Assembly (NCBI GenBank): GCA_022825595.1
Contig: JAJDWM010000499.1
Location: 1-35,916 of the forward strand
Length of the DNA: 35,916 bases
Direction of reading: 5' to 3'
Source: Bryobacterales bacterium
GTDB lineage: Bacteria; Acidobacteriota; Terriglobia; Bryobacterales; UBA6623
Shown: in pieces, positions 8,784 through 18,212 of the stretch
How the letters are laid out: each line of letters starts with the position of its first letter
Position numbering within the stretch: position 1 is the stretch's first letter
Position numbers and translations under genes: made by a program
The notes under the pieces: model-generated
Told to the model about the DNA's origin: nothing
The model's database searches: none
Seen by the model: only the letters and a program-made list of their open reading frames with translations

Positions 8784-9668
8784 ATGAGGCGAACCGATGC
8801 TTCCCACTACCATCCGCAGGTGCTGCGGCTCTTTGATGCGTACGTGCACGGCGCGCTGAGTCGACGCGCCTTCTTGGACAAGGCCGCTCCGTTCACGGCC
8901 GGAACAAGCGCAGCGGCCGTGCTGGCCAGCCTCAGTCCGGACTACGCGCTTGCGGAGCAGGTGTCCCCCGACGATGCCCGGATCCGGACGGAACGGGTCG
9001 AATACGAGTCCCCGGATGGACACGGCACGATCAACGCCTACATAGCGCGTCCGGCGTCCGGCCCCGCGAAGCTGCCTGGTGTGGTAGTGGTCCACGAGAA
9101 CCGAGGGCTCAATCCGTACATCGAGGATGTCGTTAGAAGGCTCGGCGTGGCGGGATACTTGGCGCTTGGCCCGGACGGACTTACGCCGAAGGGAGGATAC
9201 CCCGGCAATGACGACGATGGGAGGCGACTGCAGGCCGAACTCGACCGCGACAAGCTGGTCAACGACTTTGCTGCGGCTGTTGCCCACCTTCAGGGCCACT
9301 CGGCGTGCACGGGCAAGGTCGGCGTGGTGGGTTTCTGCTTCGGCGGGTTCGTTGTGAACGCGCTTGCGGTGCGCATTCCGGACTTGGCGGCTGGGGTCGC
9401 GTTCTACGGCAGGCAGCCGCCGGCGGACGCCGTACCCCGCATCCAGGCACCGCTGCTTCTGCACTATGCCGAGCTGGACCGTCGAATCAATGCCGGCTGG
9501 CCTCCGTTCGAGGAGGCGCTGCGCGCAAACGGAAAAAGCTATGAGGCGCACATGTATCCGGGCGCCAACCACGGATTCCACAACGACACTACGCCGCGCT
9601 TCGACGAAGCTGCGGCTACGCTGGCTTGGGAGCGGTCATTGGATTTCTTCGCGGCCAACCTGCGCTGA
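8784..9668 (+). CDS. Tat-exported dienelactone hydrolase family protein
   Basis: ORF 8745..9668. I set the start to ATG 8784, 7 nt after GGAGG (8772-8776). LSRRAFLDKAAPFTAG is a Tat-like leader. GVVVVHENRGLNPYIEDV and the nucleophile motif VGVVGFCFGG are typical of DLH. Confidence 0.85.
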   Translation: MRRTDASHYHPQVLRLFDAYVHGALSRRAFLDKAAPFTAGTSAAAVLASLSPDYALAEQVSPDDARIRTERVEYESPDGHGTINAYIARPASGPAKLPGVVVVHENRGLNPYIEDVVRRLGVAGYLALGPDGLTPKGGYPGNDDDGRRLQAELDRDKLVNDFAAAVAHLQGHSACTGKVGVVGFCFGGFVVNALAVRIPDLAAGVAFYGRQPPADAVPRIQAPLLLHYAELDRRINAGWPPFEEALRANGKSYEAHMYPGANHGFHNDTTPRFDEAAATLAWERSLDFFAANLR

Positions 9669-9752
9669 TTCGGGGAGATCTTCCTCAGTCCCGCACAGCC
9701 TTGGTCGCCCCTTGGCGGGTCGGGGCGCTGGTACACTGGGCTTCGGCTGGGA

Positions 9753-12700
9753 ATGCGATCCGCGAACCGTCCTGCCCTGTGCTGTGTTTCCTTCCTCCTC
9801 GCCGCCGCCGCGTCGTTAGGGGCCGACACCGAGGGACTTGATCATTTCGAGCGGTACGTGCGCCCGCTGCTGGTCGAGAACTGCTTCGTCTGCCACGGGG
9901 CGGGCACACCCGAACCCCAAGGCGGTCTGCGACTGGATTCGCGGGAAGCGATCCTTGCGGGAGGGAAGACAGGCCCGGCGGTCATTCCTGGGCGACCGGG
10001 CGAAAGCCGCCTTCTGCAGGTCCTCACGGCGGACTCGGGCGTCCGCATGCCTCCCACTGGGAGGTTGCCAGACGCGCAGGTGGCCCACATCGCGGAGTGG
10101 ATCCGGATGGGGATTCCGTTCCCCGGGGCTCCCGCATCCGACGAGGCTCCAGCCGCCCTTGATGGGGAGGGGCTTTGGTCGCTCCATCCCCCTGTTAAGG
10201 CAGAGCCTCCGCCATCCGAGGGGGGGTGGGCGCGCACAGCCATTGACCGTTTCATCGAAGCCCGCTTGGGCGCGCACGGTCTGAAGCCTTCGCCTGAGGC
10301 GTCTCCGGGCACTCTCCTGCGCCGGTTGCATCTCGATCTCACAGGCATCCCTCCCAGCCGGTCGCAGATTGAGGGGTTCGCGGCGGACTCAGGAAGATCG
10401 GCCTACGAAGCCCGGGTCGACGCTCTCTTGGAGTCGAATCGGTTCGGGGAACGCTGGGCGCGTCACTGGCTCGACGTGGCCCGCTATTCGGACGAGGGCT
10501 CTCAGGCGCGTCCCTTCCCAATTGCGTGGACGTACCGCGACTGGGTGATCAGCGCCTTCAACGACGACATGCCCTACGACAGGTTCGTGATGCTGCAGAT
10601 CGCGGCGGACCTGCTCGGCGCGGACCGCCGGCACCTCGCGGCGCTCGGATTGCTGACAGTCGGGCTTAACGGTCCGCGGCCCACGGACGTACCCGAAAAC
10701 GTGGACGACCGGATCGACGTGATCACTCGAGGCTTCCTCGGGCTGAGCGTGTCTTGCGCCCGCTGCCACGACCACAAGTTCGATCCGATCCCCCAAGTGG
10801 ACTACTACTCGCTCTACGGTGTCCTGCTCAATGCGCCGGTCTCAGTCGATCCCGTGCCCATCGATGCCGCCGGGGAACGGCCCGACAGCTCCTTCTTCGG
10901 AGCCAAGCTCGCCATGAGGCGCGAGTGGCTTGACACGTACCGGCGGCAGCGGCTCGAAGACCACCTGCGCGAGTTCCGCAAGCCCGAAGTGCTTGCCCGG
11001 TACCTTGATGCCGCCTGGCAGGGGCGCGGCATGTCGAACCGGCAGCTTGAGCAGCTGTCAAAGGAGCGAAGCCTGAACCTCTACCTGCTCGAGCGCTGGC
11101 GTGCCTACCTGTCGGGTCTCGTCGGCCCGTCGATCGCCGCCTTCCGTGGGCTGGACGACCCCGGAGGCGCCGACCGCATCGGCCGCCGCATTGCCGAGGC
11201 GGACAGCCCGTACCGCTGGCCCGATCCCGAGCGCGAGGCATTGCGCCTCGCCCTGCGCGGCACTGGCTCGCCAACCGACGTTCCGCTGGAGGATTTCTGG
11301 TGGGTGCAAAACGAGGGCGACAGCAACGTGATGAAGGCCCTCAGGTGGCAGTACCACAACGTGATGTTCGACTGGAGCCTACGTGGCGGGCCAAGGCACG
11401 CGAGCGTCGTCCGCGAGCCCGCCAAGCTGCTACCGGCACACGTCTTCGTGCGGGGCAACCAGCACGACAAGGGTCCCGAGGTGCCTAGGCAGTTCCTGTC
11501 GGCACTTCCGGGCCACGAACCCTTCCGGTCCGGTAGCGGGCGGTTGGAGCTGGCTCAGGCAATCGCGTCGCCCCAGAACCCACTCACCGCGCGGGTCATG
11601 GTCAACCGGGTGTGGGGTCGCTTGTTTGGCGAAGGTATCGTAAGGACGCCCAGCGACTTCGGTCGGCGAGGCGACCGTCCTTCGCATCCGGAGCTGCTCG
11701 ATTACCTCACCGACGAGTTCATTGCGGGCGGATGGTCCATCAAGGGGCTCGTCAAGCGGATCGTGATGTCGAGGGCCTACCGGCAGGAAAGTCGCGCGAA
11801 TTTGGCCGGCGCGGCCGAGGATCCCGCCAATCGGCTCTTGTGGCGGCAGAACCGCTTCCGTCTGGACTTTGAGGCGCTGCGCGACTCCATGCTATTCGTC
11901 GCGGGAGGGCTGGACGATTCCAGTGGGGGCCCTCCGTTCGACCTCCGCGCCGTACCGTCCTCGGGCCGCAGGACTGTGTATGCGTACGTCTCCAGAGAGC
12001 AGCCGTCGGCACTGATGCGTACCTTTGACTTCTCGAACCCCGAGGAACACACGCCGCGGAGGCAGGTCACGACCGTCCCGCAGCAGGCCCTATTCCTCAT
12101 GAACGGAGGTTTTGTCGCTGAGCAGGCCAGGGCTTTGGCGGACTCATGTGACTTCGCCCCCGAGTGCGTCGAGCGGATTCACTGGCAGGTCTTGGGGCGA
12201 CAGCCCACTGCCGCAGAGCGGAGCGCTGCCCAAGAGTTTCTCGCCCGAGCGGCAGCGGAACCGACCCCGCACCCGGCGCCGCCGCGGTCGGCGTGGTCGC
12301 ATGGCACGGCGCGGATCGATCCCGCCGCCGGTGCCGCCGCCGGCTTTCGGGAATTCCGGTACAGGGTGGGTGATCGCCTCCAAGCGTCCCAGATGCGCGC
12401 CACTGCGGGGTTTGGGAGTGCGAGCATCACGGCCGAAGGCGGGTACCCTGGCGACGGCCTCGATGCTGCTACAGTCCGGCGCTGGACCGCGCCGGGAGCG
12501 ATGCGCGTGTCCGTGAAGGGCACACTGAGCCACGCGCTCGGCTCTCAGGGGCGGCGGTTCGACTATTCCAACGGGGTTCGCGGCTGGCTGATCTCGAGCC
12601 GCCAGGGTCTGCTGGGCAGTTGGTCCGTCCGAGGCGCGAAAGCCGAAACATCTTTCCAGGACTTGCACGTCGCGGATGGCGAATGGTTCGACTTCGCAGT

Positions 12701-12911
12701 AGACTCTAGGGGGGACTACGAGTCGGACGCATTCAGTTGGGCTCCCGTCGTCGAGGAGCTTGGGAAGTTTTCCCCGAGCGGATCAGGCGCTCAGCTCAGG
12801 GAATGGAGTGCGAAGGACGGCTTTCCCGAGCCTTGGGAGTCGTCCCTCAGCCCGCTTCAGCAGTATGCGCAGACTCTGCTGATGACGAATGAATTCGCAT
12901 TTAGGGAATAG
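9753..12911 (+). CDS. exported PSCyt1 + DUF1549 (PSCyt2) + DUF1553 (PSD1) protein
   Basis: 1052 aa. The signal peptide is MRSANRPALCCVSFLLAAAASLGA. ENCFVCHGAG is a CxxCH motif (PSCyt1). RWARHWLDVARYSD and CARCHDHKFDPIPQVDYY mark DUF1549. NPLTARVMVNRVWGRLFGEGIVRTPSDFG..PSHPELLDYL and the C-terminal LLMTNEFAF mark DUF1553. Confidence 0.9.
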   Translation: MRSANRPALCCVSFLLAAAASLGADTEGLDHFERYVRPLLVENCFVCHGAGTPEPQGGLRLDSREAILAGGKTGPAVIPGRPGESRLLQVLTADSGVRMPPTGRLPDAQVAHIAEWIRMGIPFPGAPASDEAPAALDGEGLWSLHPPVKAEPPPSEGGWARTAIDRFIEARLGAHGLKPSPEASPGTLLRRLHLDLTGIPPSRSQIEGFAADSGRSAYEARVDALLESNRFGERWARHWLDVARYSDEGSQARPFPIAWTYRDWVISAFNDDMPYDRFVMLQIAADLLGADRRHLAALGLLTVGLNGPRPTDVPENVDDRIDVITRGFLGLSVSCARCHDHKFDPIPQVDYYSLYGVLLNAPVSVDPVPIDAAGERPDSSFFGAKLAMRREWLDTYRRQRLEDHLREFRKPEVLARYLDAAWQGRGMSNRQLEQLSKERSLNLYLLERWRAYLSGLVGPSIAAFRGLDDPGGADRIGRRIAEADSPYRWPDPEREALRLALRGTGSPTDVPLEDFWWVQNEGDSNVMKALRWQYHNVMFDWSLRGGPRHASVVREPAKLLPAHVFVRGNQHDKGPEVPRQFLSALPGHEPFRSGSGRLELAQAIASPQNPLTARVMVNRVWGRLFGEGIVRTPSDFGRRGDRPSHPELLDYLTDEFIAGGWSIKGLVKRIVMSRAYRQESRANLAGAAEDPANRLLWRQNRFRLDFEALRDSMLFVAGGLDDSSGGPPFDLRAVPSSGRRTVYAYVSREQPSALMRTFDFSNPEEHTPRRQVTTVPQQALFLMNGGFVAEQARALADSCDFAPECVERIHWQVLGRQPTAAERSAAQEFLARAAAEPTPHPAPPRSAWSHGTARIDPAAGAAAGFREFRYRVGDRLQASQMRATAGFGSASITAEGGYPGDGLDAATVRRWTAPGAMRVSVKGTLSHALGSQGRRFDYSNGVRGWLISSRQGLLGSWSVRGAKAETSFQDLHVADGEWFDFAVDSRGDYESDAFSWAPVVEELGKFSPSGSGAQLREWSAKDGFPEPWESSLSPLQQYAQTLLMTNEFAFRE

Positions 12912-15317
12912 GTGGCGGCCGTGGCTGAACGGTTGACGCGAGAGCCTCATCCGCCCAGCGCCTTCCTCCGCATACGGTCACCTTGGTCGCCAGCACTGCT
13001 CTCTTGCTTGCTGTGCCTGTCGGCGGCGGCTCGAAGCGACGCGCAAGACAGTGATGCTAGGGCCGCCTTCAGCGTGGTTGCCGAGCGCTACTGCACCGCC
13101 TGCCACGGTCCCGCCGCCGCGACTGCAGGTCTCGACTTGACCGACCTCGCTGCTTCGCCCATTCCCTCGAACTCTGAACGTTGGGAGCAGGTAGTCAAGA
13201 AGCTGCGAGGGCGGCAGATGCCGCCCAAGGGAATTCCCCGGCCCGACGACAGCACGTACCGCAGGCTTGTGGCGGGCCTGTCGGGCGCGTTGGACGAGGC
13301 AGCCGCGCAGGATCCGAAACCGGGACGGACGGATGCCTTCCGGAGGCTGAACCGCACCGAGTACCGGAACGCCATAAGGGACTTGCTGGCCATGGACGTG
13401 CGGGTGGAGTCCCTCTTGCCCGCCGACGAAGCAAGTCACGGCTTTGACAACATTACCGTGGCAGACCTGCCCCCACTCCTGTTGGAACGCTATGTGTCCG
13501 CAGCCGAGAGGATTAGCAGGATCGCCGTGGGCCGCGCCGGAGCCGTGCCCGATGCGACAACAGTTCGGGTGCCGCCGGACCTGACGCAGGAAGGGCACAT
13601 CCCAGGGTTGCCGATCGGCACGCGCGGGGGAACAGTTGTTCGGCACACTTTCCCAGCAACGGGCGAATACGAGATCACTGCACGACTGGCACGCGATCGC
13701 GACGAGGATGTCGAGGGACTGACCCGTCCCCACGAGATGGAGTTCCTGATCGACGGCCGACGCGTGGCCCTCTTCGATGTCAAGCCCGCGCCGAGAGGGA
13801 ACGACGAGCGCAACGTAGACAAGCACCTGCGCAAGCGCCTGTCCGTGACGGCAGGTGAGCGTGACGTTGCAGTGACGTTCCTGAAGGACTCTTCCGCTCT
13901 CTTGGAGACGCAGCGGCAGCCCTATCTCGCGCGGTTCAACTACTACCGGCATCCGCGCACGCAGCCAGCCGTCTACTCGGTGACGATTGTCGGGCCCTTT
14001 GCGGCGCAGCGCCCGGGACGCACCGCAAGCCGCGATCGGATCTTCACCTGCCGCCCGCAGGCGCCGTCGCTCGAGGAGCCCTGCGCGCGCGAGATCATCG
14101 CCCGCCTTGCGCGGCGGGCCTACCGAAGGCCCGTAGAGCCGGCTGACCTCGCCGGGCCGCTGCGGTTCTTCAATGCGGGGAGGGAACAGGGTGGTTTCGA
14201 GGCCGGGATCGAGCGCTCGCTCGCCGCGATCCTAGTTAGCCCGCATTTCCTGTTCCGAGTCGAACGTCAGCCCGAGCGCGCGGCAACCGGCGAAGCCTAT
14301 CGGCTGGATGCTTGGGAGCTTGCATCGAGGCTGTCCTTCTTCATATGGAGCAGTCTCCCCGACGAGCAACTGCTGTCGGCCGCAGAGTCCGGACACCTGT
14401 TGGACGATGGTGAGCTTGAGAGGCACGTCCGCAGGATGCTTCAGGATCCGCGGTCTGACTCACTGGTCACCAACTTCGCTGCCCAGTGGCTGCACATACG
14501 CAACCTGGACTCAATTCGGCCCGACATGCGCCGCTTCCCTGACTTTGACCACAACCTCCGCCTGGCCTTCCGCGAAGAGACGGAGCGGCTGTTGGCGAGC
14601 GTTATCCGGGAAGATCGCAGCATTCTGGACCTGCTTCGGCCCGGTTTCACCCACCTCAACGAGAGGTTGGCCAAGCACTACGGGTTCCGCGACGTCTACG
14701 GCAGCCACTTTCGCCGCGTAGCTCTCGCGAGCGACAGCGTCCGAGGCGGACTCCTGCGGCATGGGAGTGTGCTGACCGTCACTTCGTACGCCACGCGCAC
14801 CTCACCGGTCATCCGCGGCAAGTGGATCTTGGAGAACATCCTCGGGATGCCTCCGCCACCCCCGCCCGAGAATGTGCCGGAGCTCAAGGAAACCACCGCC
14901 AGCGGCAAGCTCTCTGTCCGCCAGAGGTTGGCTGAGCACCGCGCGGATCCGGCCTGCGCCGGCTGCCACGCACCGATGGACCCGCTGGGCTTCGCGCTCG
15001 AGAACTACGACGCGGTGGGCCGCTGGCGGGACTTCGACGGCGACGGTCCGATCGATCCCAGCGCGGAACTCGTCGACGGCACCTTGGTCGACGGGGCCGA
15101 GGGATTGGAGCGCGCGCTTCTCGAGCGGCCCGAACTGTTCGCCATCGCCCTGACCGAAAAGCTCCTGACTTTTGCATTGGGCCGGGGAGTGGAGCCCTAC
15201 GACGCACCGGCGGTCCGCGGCATCGTTGAGGATGCGGCCGCTGGCGGTTACCGCTTTTCTTCGCTTATCCTAGGCATAGCCCGAAGCGTTCCGTTCCGGA
15301 TGAGGGAGACACGATGA
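12912..15317 (+). CDS. exported DUF1587/DUF1592/DUF1595/DUF1588/DUF1585 (PSD/PSCyt3) multidomain protein
   Basis: 801 aa. The GTG start directly abuts the upstream TAG stop. Motifs seen are CTACHG (CxxCH), LASRLSFFIWSSLPDEQLL, FAAQWLHIRNLD, TSPVIRGKWILENILG and CAGCHAPMDPLGFALENYDAVGRWR. Confidence 0.9.
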   Translation: MAAVAERLTREPHPPSAFLRIRSPWSPALLSCLLCLSAAARSDAQDSDARAAFSVVAERYCTACHGPAAATAGLDLTDLAASPIPSNSERWEQVVKKLRGRQMPPKGIPRPDDSTYRRLVAGLSGALDEAAAQDPKPGRTDAFRRLNRTEYRNAIRDLLAMDVRVESLLPADEASHGFDNITVADLPPLLLERYVSAAERISRIAVGRAGAVPDATTVRVPPDLTQEGHIPGLPIGTRGGTVVRHTFPATGEYEITARLARDRDEDVEGLTRPHEMEFLIDGRRVALFDVKPAPRGNDERNVDKHLRKRLSVTAGERDVAVTFLKDSSALLETQRQPYLARFNYYRHPRTQPAVYSVTIVGPFAAQRPGRTASRDRIFTCRPQAPSLEEPCAREIIARLARRAYRRPVEPADLAGPLRFFNAGREQGGFEAGIERSLAAILVSPHFLFRVERQPERAATGEAYRLDAWELASRLSFFIWSSLPDEQLLSAAESGHLLDDGELERHVRRMLQDPRSDSLVTNFAAQWLHIRNLDSIRPDMRRFPDFDHNLRLAFREETERLLASVIREDRSILDLLRPGFTHLNERLAKHYGFRDVYGSHFRRVALASDSVRGGLLRHGSVLTVTSYATRTSPVIRGKWILENILGMPPPPPPENVPELKETTASGKLSVRQRLAEHRADPACAGCHAPMDPLGFALENYDAVGRWRDFDGDGPIDPSAELVDGTLVDGAEGLERALLERPELFAIALTEKLLTFALGRGVEPYDAPAVRGIVEDAAAGGYRFSSLILGIARSVPFRMRETR

Positions 15318-16657
15318 TCATTCGAAAGCTCGCACTGCCGAGACGAACATTCCTGCGAGGCAGTGGGGCCAGTTTGGCGCTGCCATTGCTCGATGCGATG
15401 GTTCCATCCATGACGGCGCAGGCTCGGACACCCGCCAGAGCTCCGCGCCGGCTGGGCTTCGTCTACATGCCCATGGGATGCGACCACAGCCGCTGGACGC
15501 CGCCGGGCGACGAGGACCTCAGGGAACTATCCCCGATCCTGTCTTCCTTGGAGCCGGTAGTCGACTACGTCACCGTGCTCACAAACATGGAGTTGAAGAA
15601 TTCGTACCCGGGGACGCATGCTACGTCGAACGCAGGCTTTCTGAGTGCCGCGAAGGCGAAGTGGACGGAGAGCACTGACTACTACCTGGGAACGACGGCG
15701 GATCAGATAGCGGCAAAGCGCATTGGGCGGCAGACACGCCTTCCGTCGCTCGAGCTGGCTATGGACTTGATGTCCATGGTCGGGCAGTGCGACAACGGCT
15801 TTGCGTGCGTGTACCAGAACAACCTCTCCTGGTCCTCGCCCAACACCCCGCTCCCTGCTGAGGCCCATCCGAGGATCGTCTTCGAGCGGCTATTCGGCGA
15901 GGGAGGCACGCCTGAGCAGCGGGCACAAGCGCTGCGTCGCAAGGCGAGCCTGCTGGACTTGGTGATGGAGGAAGCGAGCCGCTTGGACGCCGGGTTGGGG
16001 GCGGGTGACCGCACCCGCCTGTCCCAGTATCTGGACTCGATCCGGGAGGTAGAGCGTCGCATCCAGAAGGCCGAGTCCGAGACGCAAGACCGCGAATTGC
16101 CTGACCTGGACCGGCCGGTGGGCGTTCCAGAGCAGTATGCCGACCACGCGCGCCTGATGTTCGACCTGCAAGCGTTGGCTTTGCAGGCTGACATCACCCG
16201 TGTCATCACATTCCAACTGGCCCGGGAGACCAGCACTCGCACCTACCCAGAAGCGGGCGTGCCGGAGCCGCACCATCCGCTGACCCACCACGGCAATAAT
16301 CCTGAGAAGATCGCCAAGGTAGCGAAGATCAACACGTTTCACGTCTCGCTCTTCGCAGGTTTTCTCCAGAAACTGGCGGCGACGCCCGACGGGGACGGGT
16401 CGCTCTTGGACCACACAACCTGCCTGTATGGCAGCGGAATGGGCAATCCGAATGTCCACGACCACACGAACCTTCCGATCGTAGTGGCCGGTGGACCCAA
16501 GTCTCGCAGGTCCAACGGACGGCACATCCGCTACCCCGAGCCCACGCCGCTGGCGAACCTCCATCTGACGCTGCTGGACCGCGTCGGCGTGCACTTGGAC
16601 CAGTTCGGGGACAGCAGCGGGCGCATCGGGGAGCTGGCGGAGCCGTTGACAATCTAG
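15314..16657 (+). CDS. Tat-leader DUF1552 (HXXSHH family) protein
   Basis: 447 aa. Its ATG overlaps the upstream stop as ATGA (15314-15317). The leader is MIIRKLALPRRTFLRGSGASLALPLLDAM. HHPLTHHG is an HxxSHH-type motif with Thr in place of Ser. Confidence 0.9.
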   Translation: MIIRKLALPRRTFLRGSGASLALPLLDAMVPSMTAQARTPARAPRRLGFVYMPMGCDHSRWTPPGDEDLRELSPILSSLEPVVDYVTVLTNMELKNSYPGTHATSNAGFLSAAKAKWTESTDYYLGTTADQIAAKRIGRQTRLPSLELAMDLMSMVGQCDNGFACVYQNNLSWSSPNTPLPAEAHPRIVFERLFGEGGTPEQRAQALRRKASLLDLVMEEASRLDAGLGAGDRTRLSQYLDSIREVERRIQKAESETQDRELPDLDRPVGVPEQYADHARLMFDLQALALQADITRVITFQLARETSTRTYPEAGVPEPHHPLTHHGNNPEKIAKVAKINTFHVSLFAGFLQKLAATPDGDGSLLDHTTCLYGSGMGNPNVHDHTNLPIVVAGGPKSRRSNGRHIRYPEPTPLANLHLTLLDRVGVHLDQFGDSSGRIGELAEPLTI

Positions 16658-16669
16658 GGGGTCGAGCAG

Positions 16670-18151
16670 GTGTTGCGCGGGTTTGGATTCACCCTGTGCC
16701 TTTTGGCGACAGGTTCGCTGGCAACAGCCGCCTCACTTCCGGAAGTGGCCATGCAGGGCAGCGGCGCTGCTGTCCGGTCGCTGCTCGGGGGCGGGGTAGA
16801 TCCCGACACGGCTGGACCTGACGGGATGACGGCCCTGCATTGGGCCGCTCGCAACGGTGACCTCGGGATGGTCGAAGATCTGCTCGCTGCGGGAGCTGCC
16901 GCCGACGTGCCGAGCCGCTACGGCGTCACGCCCATGTCGTTGGCGTGCACCAGCCGATCGGGTCCGATTGTCCGATTGCTGCTGGCTAGAGGGGCAGATC
17001 CCAACCAGGCGCTTAGGGGAGGCGAGACACCTCTGATGACGGCTGCTCGGGCTGGAGCGCTCGAAGTGGCGGAGGCGTTGATCGCGGGTGGTGCCGACGT
17101 CAACCAGCGCGAGGAGACGAGTGGGCAGACGGCGCTAATGTGGGCCTCGGCCGAGGGCCACGCGGACGTCGCCCTAGCACTGATCACGGCCGGGGCAGAC
17201 GTCGACGCGCGCTTGGCAACGGGCTTCACCCCCCTCCTGTTCGCAGCGCGGGAAGGAAGGCTTGACGTGCTGCCAGTCTTGCTGCGGGCTGGGGCAGAGC
17301 CGAATGACACGATCCGGCCCCCACCCGTCATGGCTAGCAAGGCGCGCGGATACCGGGGAGCACCGCCCTTTGGGGCGAGCGCGCTGCTGATTGCTGTGGA
17401 GAATGCGCATTTCGAGTTCGCTGTCGCGCTGCTGGATGCCGGTGCCGATCCCAATGCGGCCGTGCCCGGCTACACGCCCCTGCATGCGTTAGCTCGAGTG
17501 CGCAATCCCGGAGTCGGAGACAACGATCCGCCCCCGGACGGGTCCGGTTCAGTTACAAGCTTGGAGTTTGTGAGGGAGATGGTGGCGCGAGGCGCGGACT
17601 TGGAGGCTCGCATGCCCAAGCACATCAATCTCGGCAACACGAGGCTCAACAAGCGCGGTGCCACCCCGTTCTTTCTCGCGGCACAGAGCGCGGACGCGGA
17701 CCTGATGCGGGTGTACGCAGAACTCGGGGCGGACGTCAAGGCCACGAACGCCGACGGCAGCACTGCACTGATGGCCGCGGCCGGCCTGGGCACGCGGTCC
17801 CCGGGCGAGGATGCCGGCACCGAGGGCGAAGTGCTTGAGGCGGTGGAGCTAGCCTTGGATTTGGGGCACGACATCAACGCCGTCGACGACAACGGGGAAA
17901 CAGCGATGCATGGCGCCGCCTACAAGAACCTGCCTCGCGTTGTGGAGTTCTTGGCCGAGAAGGGAGCGGACATCTCGATCTGGAACACGGCCAACAAGTT
18001 CGGATGGACGCCTCTCGCGATTGCGACGGGGTATCGCTTCGGAAACTTCAAGCCATCCGACGTAACCGTGGCCGCGATCACGCGTGTGATGCTGGCGGCG
18101 GGTATTCCGCCGCCTGAGAAGGTCTTGGCGACGACCAAGCAGATCTATTAG
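16670..18151 (+). CDS. exported ankyrin-repeat protein
   Basis: 493 aa. The GTG start lies 12 nt after the DUF1552 stop, with a GGGGG run upstream. The signal peptide is MLRGFGFTLCLLATGSLATAAS. There are many ANK units (G.TALHWAARNGDL..V..LL.AGA, GETPLMTAARAGALEVAEALIAGGADVN, GQTALMWASAEGHADVALALI, GFTPLLFAAREGRLDVL and others). Confidence 0.9.
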   Translation: MLRGFGFTLCLLATGSLATAASLPEVAMQGSGAAVRSLLGGGVDPDTAGPDGMTALHWAARNGDLGMVEDLLAAGAAADVPSRYGVTPMSLACTSRSGPIVRLLLARGADPNQALRGGETPLMTAARAGALEVAEALIAGGADVNQREETSGQTALMWASAEGHADVALALITAGADVDARLATGFTPLLFAAREGRLDVLPVLLRAGAEPNDTIRPPPVMASKARGYRGAPPFGASALLIAVENAHFEFAVALLDAGADPNAAVPGYTPLHALARVRNPGVGDNDPPPDGSGSVTSLEFVREMVARGADLEARMPKHINLGNTRLNKRGATPFFLAAQSADADLMRVYAELGADVKATNADGSTALMAAAGLGTRSPGEDAGTEGEVLEAVELALDLGHDINAVDDNGETAMHGAAYKNLPRVVEFLAEKGADISIWNTANKFGWTPLAIATGYRFGNFKPSDVTVAAITRVMLAAGIPPPEKVLATTKQIY

Positions 18152-18212
18152 CCGTCCGGCGCTATGATGCGGTCGTGCGCTCCCTGATGCTTGCCGAGCG
18201 GTGGTCGACGCG

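Noticed and set aside
12978-13952. Long antisense or out-of-frame ORFs throughout the window. Examples are 235..936(-), 7421..8284(-), 8715..9581(-), 12978..13952(-), 15890..16594(-), 18732..19610(-), 19196..20125(+), 19818..20762(-), 25611..27104(+) and 30054..30653(-).
   Set aside because: Each lies opposite to, or out of frame with, a gene that has strong family motifs. Their translations are Arg/Pro/Gly/Ala-rich with no recognisable domains, as expected for stop-poor frames in high-GC DNA. ORF 25611..27104 even runs through the tRNA.
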